Below are positions 50,097 to 62,406 of a stretch of DNA of 64,000 nucleotides, piece by piece. How positions within the stretch are numbered: position 1 is the first letter of the stretch; each line of letters opens with the position of its first letter. Where the stretch lies: contig VJWM01000135.1 in the NCBI GenBank assembly GCA_010909165.1, positions 558,001 to 622,000 on the forward strand. The letters are read 5' to 3'. Under the pieces are notes generated by a model, which was not told the origin of the DNA, did no database searches, and worked only from the letters and a program-made list of their open reading frames with translations. Made by a program: the position numbers and the translations under genes. The stretch is from Anthoceros angustus (Eukaryota > Plantae > Anthocerotophyta).

Positions 50097-52215
50097 GCGA
50101 TTCCCACATCCTGGGGCGAAGGGAAGCCTACCGCCTGGGCAGATCCCCTGCGGCGCACTCGAAAGTGCCCGGGCTTATGATGTCGCCCAAAGCCTGCAAA
50201 ATCCGCGGTCGAAGGCTCCCAAGTAGGATAAGAAAGTCGGGGAAGGAATAATTGTACGTAGAAGGTACCCCGGCCGACGCGCAAAGCAGAAAGAGAGGAT
50301 CCCAAACGCCACCCGTGGGTCCACCAACTGAGACGGGTCTTCAATGTGCGCCAAATCTTCCCTCAGCGTCGCGTCCACGTACACCTATGTGAAAGTCGGG
50401 GGCCCCATCGGGACACCAAGAACCCGAAGCCCCTACGCAGAAACAATATCCCCCTCCGGATACTGAAGAAGAGGCGGAGCACCCGAAGTAGACCAGACCT
50501 TGCATTTTACGATCTTGACCTTCAAGCCAAGCAGGGAGAGCTCAAAGGAGAAGATTTCAAAGGCCTCCTTGACCTTGGTTGGTTTTGAGGGCACCGGTCT
50601 GCTTGCCACAGAGGTCTCTGTGCCAGCAGCTTTTTTAAGGAGCTGGGCCCTCTCTGCCCCCATCCTGGCCTCCCGATTCTTAATTCGGGACTCGTGCATT
50701 TTAGAGGTGTTCGTCTCGAGGTAGAGGGGGTATTTCCCCTGCAGGCGTCCTTAAGGGCAGCCAAGGGATTTCCATCTTTTGAGGCTACGGCCGTCATGCA
50801 TCTTTTCTCCTCCCTCCCCGAAGTTGGGATGCGAGGGCTTTAAAGAGTCGCTCCTGGAGAAGCATTATGTGCAGGCGCAATTGGGCCTTCTTCGAGATTC
50901 CTCCATTCTCATGCCCATCCGTGCTCGGCTTCGCTCTTGCTCGGGAGCAAGTTCACAACCCGGCTCGTCCTAGTATCCGGGCGAAGGGAAGCCTACCGCC
51001 TGGCCAGATCCCCTGCGGCGCACTCGAAAGTGCCCGGGCTTATGATGTCGCCCAAAGCCTGCAAAATCCGCGGTCGAAGGCTCCCAAGTAGGATAAGAAA
51101 GTCGGGGAAGGAATAATTGTACGAGAAGGTACCAAGGAAAGAGAGGATCCCAAACGCCACCCGTGGGTCCACCAAGAGACGGGTCTTCAATGCGCCAAAT
51201 CTTCCCTGTCATCACGCACACCTATGTGAAAGTCGGGGCCCCATCGGGACACCAAGAACCCAAGCCCCTAAACAATATCCTCCTGACATCAAGAAGAGGC
51301 GGAGCACCAGTAGACCGGACCTTGCATTTTACGATCTTGACCTTCAAGGAGAGCTCAAAGGAGAAGATTTCAAAGGCCTCCTTGACCTTGGTTGGTTTTG
51401 ATGCCCGCCTGCTGAGGTCTCGTGCTGCCAGCTTTTTTAAGGAGCTGGGCCCTCTCTGCCCCCATCCTGGCCTCCCGATTCTTAATTCGGGACTCGTGCA
51501 TTTTAGAGGTGTTCGTCTCGAGGTAGAGGGGGTATTTCCCCTGCAGGCGTCCTTAAGGGCAGCCAAGGGATTTCCATCTTTTGAGGCTACGGCCGTCATG
51601 CATCTTTTCTCCTCCCTCCCCGAAGTTGGGATGCGAGGGCTTTAAAGAGTCGCTCCTGGAGAAGCATTATGTGCAGGCGCAATTGGGCCTTCTTCGAGAT
51701 TCCTCCATTCTCATGCCCATCCGTGCTCGGCTTCGCTCTTGCTCAGGGAAGGGAGCAAGTTCCTGGCTTCTGGCTCGTCCTAGTATCCAGGCGTTCCGCA
51801 TCGCACCATCAACCTTTTCTACCGCGATTTGTTTTCGCTTGGATCTGGTCCAACCTTTGGCCTAGTATCTCTCAGCTTGTAGTTGTGGGGCTTCCCTCGA
51901 TGACCTTGGGGCCCATCTGGCTCGCTGTCTCGCTGGCGCATTGCTAAGCATAATGCCATCCGAGACGTTATGTTCTCGATGGCTAAGGAGGGCAACTTTT
52001 TTCCTTATAGGGCGCGTCCCTAGACCTTGCTCAATAGTGTGTCTCTTAGGGCTGACCTTTTCTTGACCTGGGGTACCAGGTTTCTGTCGCTAGTGTGGTT
52101 GTAACGGACCCAACCCGGGGAGTGTTTGTGAGCTCGTTATTATCAAACCCCCGGGTTGGGTGGCGGAAGGCTAGGCAACAGCCAAGGCCCACAAGTACTC
52201 TCCTATGCAGAACAA
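50097..52215. mobile_element. Decayed non-LTR retrotransposon of the restriction-like-endonuclease (RLE, CRE-like) type with a 5' inversion and an internal tandem duplication
   Basis: Minus strand: RT C-terminal motifs (VKEAFEIFSFELSLLGLKVKIVKCKVW, GLRVLGVPMG, DPRVAFGILSFCFARRPGYLLRT). Plus strand: post-RT AAFLRSWA, ARLRSCSGKGASSWLLARPS, F..AICFRL, the zinc knuckle CSCG...HLARC...HNAIRD, RADL (RLE PD motif) and AKAHKY. Confidence 0.75.
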
Positions 52216-52223
52216 CCAACACG

Positions 52224-52290
52224 ATAATTTTTGAAGGGGGTTAATAATCTCGAAGGGGGTTTTCCGCAAATAATCTCTGAAGGGGGTTTT
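52224..52290 (+). repeat. Three copies of ATAAT(N3-4)GAAGGGGGTT, resembling subterminal repeats of a DNA transposon
   Basis: Copies start at about 52224, 52244 and 52270, immediately after the retroelement breaks off. Confidence 0.6.
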
Positions 52291-52469
52291 TGATGGGCCC
52301 TAAAAGCAGCGTTTTGAAGGCATTCGGAAAAGCGACTCGAAAAAAGGTGTCACCGGAAAAATTACTACTTTCCATCTAGCAATGTTTGTGGCCAATGGTG
52401 GTATGAAACTCCAACCTAGGGAAATAATGCAAAGTAGGAGCGGTGAGGAAGGCCGTTCGCCGCAAGAAC

Positions 52470-53440
52470 GATCAGAACTCGCTTTTGGGATGGAAATGTG
52501 GTTTTGTTATGACACCACAAAAGCCACAGACGGTATTTCCTAACACGTAAACATCAAGAACCGGACTTACAACATTAACTCGGGACCCCGGAAAAACGAG
52601 ATTTCGCCACTCATCCCCGTAGTTCAATCCATCGTCATCACTTGGTCCAGCCTTCTCCTCCATTGTCATCACTATCTTCAGACACTTTCACCGCAGTTGT
52701 ATGAAGCCACGCAACTCGCAGAGCTTATCCCTTATCGCTTTTTGTCCACCGTGACATGATGTTTCCGTATGCTCAACACAAACCCATAATACAGATGACT
52801 GCTTCATCTACAAATACCTCCGTATGTTTTTAGGTAATGGATCTTATTCCCTTTTTCCTCGGCATTGGACCGATGGGTTACCACTCGGCGGACTATGTGT
52901 TCTCGCACATATCTCCCTTCATACGCATCTATGTGCTCGGTCCGATACTAGTGGATAAGAAAGTGAGGTCGTGGTGCTTAGCTTCACGTCAATGACCTCC
53001 CAATCCGTAATGGCCTGTTATGCATGTCCGTATTGCACGGCACGCCGTAAACATCCCCTCGGTTCCGTTATGTCCCCATTCATCCGTGCCATTTCCGCAG
53101 CTTGCCTTCCCGCATTTTGATATGCCCCCAAATACATATCACGCTGTGGAGGTCCCTCAATAATGCCTCATCTAGCAAAGCTTCATCCGCACTTGAAGTG
53201 GTCAGTATGATCCACTTCGCACGTGAAAACCACTTCCAAGGACGTGTAGCACTAGCCCAATGTTATTCTCCACAACGATAGCAATCTCCTTCCGTCCAAC
53301 AAAGCTTCCCACCACTTATACTCTTCTTCACCACCTATGGATGCAAATCTTTTAACCCTTCCTGCAAATGGGCCACACCTTCCATCGGTGATAGGATACC
53401 TGCCGTTCCCTTCTTGTCCCCCCCCTAGCTTCACCCGTAT
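52470..53440 (-). pseudogene. Decayed ORF of unknown family inside the TE island
   Basis: A long protein-like single frame interrupted by isolated stops (...GAYQNAGRQAAEMARMNGDITEPRGCLRRAVQYGHA*QAITDWEVIDVKLS...). Confidence 0.3.
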
Positions 53441-53849
53441 GAGTGTAGTAACGAATAGGTTTCGTGTTCAAACCTCGTGTCTCCTCAACAGTTCAATTTT
53501 GTTGATTTTAAGGATGCTTGCATGGGCGCATGGGCAACTAACTTTGTTCATTTTAAGGACGTTGGCATTGCCTTAAAGCCCAAGTGGTTGCATTGAGTGC
53601 CGAAGGTTGAAGACCACGATCGGCGACCTTTTGGATGAGGGCCAGACCCTAGATGCCGGTGGCGCCGACGCCACCGGGCCCAAGAATGATACTATTGAAG
53701 ACGAGCAAGCAATGGAGGAGAACGACAACTTCGAGGCGGAGGATATGGACCGCCTCCTAATATGGCGGTGGTACTTGAATCGCCAAGAGGCATGGATGAG
53801 TCGCCAGCCGCACTCTTGAATGGCTATTGTCGATGCCGATGACCACTTC

Positions 53850-54830
53850 CTCCTTCAGCTTGTTTGTTGCAATGTTCTCACGACCACTTAAATGAGACTC
53901 CGCTAGCATGTGATTGTTTTCATTGTGTTCCACCACTTGAAAGTAAAAGTTTTCGGTTGTAATAAACATATGAAAATGGCAGCCCTCTATGCATTCTACT
54001 AAAACGCAACGGGCCACACCCTCACGTGCTCAGTTCGGGTGTAGACTTGAAAGTGCATCTTTTATCAAAGATATGACCTTTAAAGGGTGTGTGCATTATC
54101 AAAGTAGGGCACATATGCTGTTCTAGGTAAGGTGTTCTTCGTGACAAGGGGGTGCTGTCTCGGCCGAAGGGGGTCAGTATATCCCCCCCTTCAAAAATTA
54201 TCGTGTTAACCATACTTTTATCCCTCTCGGCATCGAGGCTCACGGAGCCATGGGTCGGGACTTCTCGAAGTTCCTCAAGGCCTATGCTAAGGCTTACCAC
54301 GATCGTAGGAATGGGGTTCGTGTCCCCCTTTCTTGCATTGTGTCTTTCTTCAGGCAACGGGTGTCCATAGCCCTGCTGAGAGCGTTGGCAAACGCGGTGT
54401 ACAGTATGGCGACTACCGTAGGGGAGGCGGCTTCTTTGGTGGTGGTGGTAGGTAGGTCTTATCCCCGATCACGAGATTCTTAAGGTGGTAGGTAGTTTTG
54501 AGAAAAGCGATCACATGAGTTAGTCCGCCTTTGCCTGGTGCCCTTTGTTGGGTTGACCTTTTTTTTTTCAGTGTAGATGGTATTTTTTCCATCTCTTTTC
54601 TTTCTACATAAAGTCTCTCCCTTCTTCCTATGTCTAGAGATCTCATGATGGAAATCAAGCCCAACAATTGTGTAAGGAAATACGATTATTTGATCCAACT
54701 TCGCAACCCAGATGAACGATTCATGCTTTCCTTTTTCTTTAAGTAAGAAGCTAATTTTCAGAATTGTTGTGTTCGCCACATTTTGATTAAATAGAACAGC
54801 ACTCCGACTTGACAAGCATTCTCGGAAGCT
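53850..54830 (-). mobile_element. Possible Mutator-like (MULE/FAR1-type) transposase fragments
   Basis: KGHIFDK..FK and C..GC.FHMFIT...FQVVEHNENNH resemble the MuDR/FAR1 DNA-binding domain. TTILKISFLLKEKGKHESFIW...PYTIVGLD resembles the MULE catalytic segment. Both are weak and by eye. Confidence 0.35.
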
Positions 54831-56149
54831 CAAACAATGCCTAGATTGTCATGAGTGTTGAGAAGACTTGCCGCTACATCTCTGGTTTATCAAGTTTGTG
54901 CTAGTGTGGAGGCTTGCAAAGTTGAAGGCATGGACTAAAAACCCATGTGTAAAACAAACTAGAGCCAAAAAGTCATCTTTGCCTAGTTTTGACAATTACA
55001 ACTACGAATAATTAAGAGTCGTCCCGTACGGAAGAGGTATTGTGCGTGAAAATTTAGTCTATCTGGGTATACGTTTGTCCCAAATGCAAGAGTTTTGACT
55101 TCGCACAACACAATTATCCATAAAATTTCGTCACATCAAGAAACATGGTCCATAAATAAATACTATGCAATCTAATTATTAAGCTTTAATATACTTCTTC
55201 TTCTTCTTCTATTAAGCTATTAAGAACAGTTATTGGTTTCACCAGCAGCTGCTGCACCAAGAGCTCCTACCAAAAACACTGTGACTTTGGAAACCCTACT
55301 TTCATGGTCACTTGCTGTCGTTAGCAGAATTTGCAAGAGCATGCTCAGCTGCACTTTGGCACCTCTACCTGCCCTACGAATATGCGCACTTGCTCTTACC
55401 ACCACATTGTATGTACAACAGCTCTCACTAGGACTGGCATGCACAACACCAATGCATAAATTATCACCAATAGCGGTCTCAATTCTCGACTGCATGCAGG
55501 ATAGAGAAAAGATCGCAAGTCATTTTCAATTGTTGTCCAAAACAACAAGAGGCATGCAGGGTAATTTGGGCCTACAAGATTGTCCTACACTAACATTAAT
55601 CGAGGCAAAATCAGAAAAGTGAGACTCACATAAAGGCCAGAAGACCAACGCTATCATTGGATGTTGAACATGGCTTAAATCGATATCGTACTCCCGAGAA
55701 ACCAGCGCTGATTTAGGCCTCCTTGTGTTCTAGGGTTATGCCCTCCGCACAAGCCTTAGACCTAAACAGCATTACCGTAGCTTCCAACGAAAAATCATGT
55801 GGACAACAAGAAAATTAGAATTTGTTTTTGTGGTATATTATGAGCTAGTTCCTATGTAAATTATGCTATGTATGTACGTGCCTCGGTGACAACAATGAAG
55901 AGCTAAGACGCGTGTTTACAGAGCAGCCTGGTGAGAGTCCCGCCAGAGAGAGAGCAATCGAGACTTCGTTGATGCATCGGAGTTGACCTGCCCGTGCCAT
56001 GGATTCCTCCTCCCGCTGGCTGTGGAGCAGCGTCCGCGCCTGCGCCTGCGCCGGTGGTCGTTGAGCCCTGGAATTGGGCAAGGAGGGAAGCGGGATCTCG
56101 TCAGCAGGAGGCGGGAGGGGTACCGCAGTACCGCGCAGGGCAGCCAGCC

Positions 56150-57770
<1,621 letters not shown>

Positions 57771-58297
57771 GGGCAAATGTGGATTATGGCTGAATCTTCC
57801 GTTGTGTAATCTAGAGTTTCCTCTATTATGGCAAATTCTTCCAGAGCTGAACAGGCGTCCAGCATTGCAAGCAGCTGCTACTTTCCATAGCCTCTGCATC
57901 TCTAAGTAACTAAATCAGTTGCTTCAATGCGAAACAACTCGCCTATCAGTTTTGATGAGTCACTTGAGTCCTTTCAGTTCTGTGGACAGATTAGCTACGC
58001 TGTAGACCTTTGAGTACAGGGCCAACGTTTAGGTGGACCATGGAGGTCGGTTTTCTAGAAAGTGATAGAATGTTTGAGGAACAAGTTGCTGCTTGAGACA
58101 AAGCTACACGCTTCTCACACAGCCGAGTGTGTACTAGTCCCAAAGCTAAATATCTCAGGACTTATTTGACAATGTTGGTAACTCTGAGGTTGAGGAACCA
58201 AGAGCTTGAAATTATTGTTGACCATTCTACTGTTTGAAGTTAATCTTCGCAGGTGTATTACACGTGATAAGGAATGCTACCAACGAGTAATTGGCTG

Positions 58298-61137
58298 TCA
58301 CAATGGTATACTCAACTCATGTAAAGCTGCATCGCTGAGGTCACTGCAATCCCGCTTTGGTCGCTTGGGGCTTCTCTCTGGAGCAAAAGGTCTCTCTGCG
58401 TGTGCTATGTGATTGTTGTTTCCACTTCGTGTTTCCATGTCCAGGATCTGTTCTGCATGGATGTGATTGGCAGAGTCTACTCTCCTGTGGCTGGCAGGAG
58501 TTACCTCGGCCTCCTCTGCGGGCATGTGCCTTTTGGCGTCCTCTGCCATGTATGTGTCTCTAATGTCTAACTTGGCAGGTTCCAAGTCTTCCTTGATGCT
58601 GTCCTCCCTTATGGTGGTGTCCAGGTCCATGTTTGAGCTTCTCTTCACATTCCCATTACCCTGTTCCTTGTGCATAATGTCTTGGCTCTCTCGGCTAGTC
58701 TGACTGTGAGAGTCGTCCTTGAGGTCAGTAGCCACCTGATGTTCCTTCCGAGGCTGATGACATCCGTTCGCCCCCTTCATGGCAGGCTTATTCTCGTCAC
58801 CGGTTTTAGAGTAGGCCTGGTCAGTGTCTCGACTGTCTCTGTTCAGGTCCAGGTCAAATCGGTTACAGGGACTGTGATATTTTGATCTCCAACCCCGAGA
58901 GTATAGTCTTTTGTACAAATCTGCCGTCCTCGCTACCGGTGAATGCTGTACACGTTCCGAATCATGTGGTGTCAATGGAGAGAGCCAGAGTAAGGAATGC
59001 TGAAAGCAACCGTGTGGACTGTCTGCAAAGAGAACCTGAGAGATCGGAGTCCCATGTACAAGCTGATCCATCTCTTGCTGGAGCTTTGTCACCTCAGACC
59101 TCATGTAAGCCTCTGTCAGTTCCTCCATGCCAGCTCCATGACCTACGGCTATTGTGTGCTCTAGCCCATGTATTGTGCTCTCCAAACTCCGCACCTGAGA
59201 GTTGAGTTGGAAGTCAGGTCTTGGACTTGATGCTTCTGCTTTTTGTGGCAAGGACAGGAAGTGAACTTACGCAGCATATTTTGTTCATTACCTTCCGGCC
59301 CGGCCAACGCTTCAGCCCAAACTTCCTACAGGCCTTTTTAAGTGTGGTTTGAGACACGCCAAGCTTCTTGGCTGCATCGACAACGCTAAGATGAAAAAAT
59401 GCAGATAAGTCGGACATCCTCAGATGGTGTGTCCCAACGCCCTGCAAAGATGGAAAATCTCTTTCTCCTTTACAAGAGTAGCATAAGCGTATATAAGTTT
59501 TGTATAGAATAGTCGCGTAAGTGGTTGTAGCCCAACCCAGGGTGATGCTGTACAGGGAGGGATGCCTTGCAGTGGCGTAGTATGTAACCCATAATAGCGG
59601 GTGTGTATGCTGGAGACTTGCACATTAGGAAGACCTACCGTTTTGCTTCTCCTGTTCACCAAAAAAATCATCTCTGAGCGTCGGTGCCCATTTGTATGTT
59701 GCAGCTCACTCTCTATACCATCGCTGGATGGAGCAGCAGTATTATTTACATTGGCTGAAGAGGATGATTCATCCTTGTCATGAGACTCGCTGACAGAAGC
59801 TTTAGGGTTACCTGGGGCCGACCTAGGTGACTCCTTCACAGCGCCTTCTACTTTGCAACACGTGGTCAGGTGATCGGTTGGACCTTTCCGCAGGTTTGGC
59901 CCCAAATCAGTAGCACGAGCGTAGCCTTTAATGCTGCCCACAGCATTTGCAGGATACGAAGTGAGTGCTGGGTTATTTTGGTGACTCCCCATGCCGTTCA
60001 CAGGAATGAAGGCTCTCAACTGTGATGCAAGGAACTGGGCTAAGAGGGCAATGTTGGGTGTTGCCGGAGCTTGGTAAGGGAGAGAGTTATTGGAGGTGGG
60101 CATGGGTGGCAATCTGTTCATCATGGTTGGGGCAAAGGACTGGAAACCGGAATGATGTGCAGCCATGGCTCCATTCCCCTGAGTCTGCATATGAGAACCA
60201 TTGAGAGTGCTACCATTGCTAACCCGGTTTGCTGGGATGCTGGACGAGCCCCTCACTAGGAAGTGAGCAAGCTCAGCTGGGCTGGGGGTGGAAGCAGAGT
60301 TCATCAGACCTGTTGGTATACCACCACCATTGCCGCAAATCACACTACCATTCAAGTTAGCCGAGCGGGAGGACATAGCTGGAGGAAGAACTGCTGCATG
60401 CCTGTCTCCATTGCCATAATCCTGACCAAAAGGAATTCCTCTGTCATCATGGAAGATTGGAGCACTGTGCTCCATGGACGGGATGGTTATTTTTAACCCC
60501 CTCCCTCCTGGATCACAAGCTGATTTAAATGGACCACTCCGATGCTTCAAAATGTAAGAGGGCTTAGCAGGTCCAAGAGAAGGCATCTCAAGGTTTTCAC
60601 TTTGCATCTGTGCCAGCTTTGAAATGGGAGCAGAGACATTGTCATTCTCCAATAGCTTGGGTGCAGCACACTCCAATATAGGTGACGTACAAGGTTTCCC
60701 TCCTTCAGGACAAGCACTGCATGCTGCTGGAGCCCCTCTCGGACTGTTGATTATTGCAACCAACTGCTTGCTTCCCATGCAAATTATGACATCCTCAAGA
60801 GTTGCATCAACGTCAAGCTCCTCCGGATCTGATCCATCAGTCCTTGCAAGCTGAAGACGCTGTATGTTGTCGCCCTCGTCAATAAAATTCAGCCTTCGGG
60901 CATTTCTCTGCCAACGTAAGTGCCACAAAAAGTCAGAAAAGTCGACCTTATCAAGCTTGCACTAAGACCATCAGGAGAAATGGAGGCTTTGAGTACCTGG
61001 ATCACTTCTGCAAATTCTTGCAGTGTTTCATGGATATGCCTAGCAGAACTCCACTGGTGTCCTCTTACAAATACTGTGAACTTCACTTTCTCAGCACCAG
61101 GTGAAGGCAGTGCCACGCTCGTCGCATTTGAAGCCAT
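58298..61137 (-). CDS. RWP-RK domain transcription factor (RKD-like) with an N-terminal beta-grasp/PB1-like region
   Basis: LRMSDLSAFFHLSVVDAAKKLGVSQTTLKKACRKFGLKRWPGRK-VRSL followed by a coiled coil. Introns inferred at 60908-60996, ~59442-59638 and ~59217-59291. Confidence 0.88.
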
Positions 61138-62406
61138 GGGTTTGCATGCCTATTCGAGACAACAGCTCACAGAAGCTTGAGCTCGTGAGGGTTGTGCAGG
61201 ACCTAGCTGCTCCAGGCTGCCCCATGTCGCCTTGGATTCCTCACAACCGGTCCATGACTGCATGCTAACCTGAGCCACCCGCTACGTCTCGAATACCGGG
61301 GACGTAAGCACAGAACGGCAGCAGGACAGGTACCAGCAACAGCAGCCTCTTCCAGCATGGCTGCAGATTTAGGGTTTCATATGTTTTGACTGGTATGCTT
61401 CACACCTCGTGGGGATCAAGAAAGGTCCAGTTGAAGAGCGAGAGACTCTTCAGTCTTGCGTGAGCCCAATGCGCTGGGGAAATTCCCTCAACCACACAAT
61501 GTTTCACTGCAACCTGCCAAGAGCTGAGCCGGAAGAACCGGGTGGGTGGACTCGCCGCTCAACTGACAGGTGCTGGCGACGTGATCAACATAATCCAAGT
61601 GCAGCTGTTGCTTCCAGGGGCTGTGTGTTTTAGAGGCGCATAATGCTTCCTTACCATTGCTCCTTGGTAGTAGGAGGTGGTGGATAGTCGAGCTGCTGAT
61701 GAGATTCTTACTGCTGAAGCACATTCACGCACAAAGAATGTCAGTGCCCGACCGAGCAAGGAACGGAAGCAACTGCAGTTGATCAACACTGGCGCATTTT
61801 CCCACTAATCCGGGGGTACGAGACATATACGGACAACAATTATTTCGATGGTTGGTAAGAGACGAAACAGCCACAACTGCACCCACCTTGGTCTGTTCAC
61901 CACTGCGTGAATCCTTCCAAGCTCAGAGAGCAAACAGGGTAGTGTGAGGCCCCAAATCGGCCTAAAACACCGCTTAACTGCGAGGAGACTTGTATGTGCT
62001 CTCATGATCTTTTGCAGAAACTAACCAAACTGCTGCAGAGCAATGGAGAGAAACTACCCGAACTGCCACCAAAATTTCAGGACCTGTGTGCCTTCTGGTG
62101 TGAATCCATTGCTCTTTGGGGGAGAAATCTGTTGGTCCCTGGCATATGTGGCGCCCTAACCGTTGCACCTGACGTGGCCAAGTCCACAGATTCTTGAAAA
62201 CCCAAGAAGCTGGCATTCACAGTGACTGTTCCTCGAATTTCGACGACCAATTTGGACTGTGAGAAGAGATCGAACAGGTCCAGGGTAGAGAGAGGGGGAA
62301 AATTGGAGAGCATGGGGTTATGGCATGGACATGAGTCGGGCTGGGTGGGGCCCTTCAACTTCTGCTGATTTCTAAGCTTCGCCTTTGGGAAGAAGTGTGA
62401 GCGTCC

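Noticed and set aside
55220-55622. Short ORFs on both strands upstream of ARF
   Set aside because: No motifs, splice structure or codon bias to support coding.
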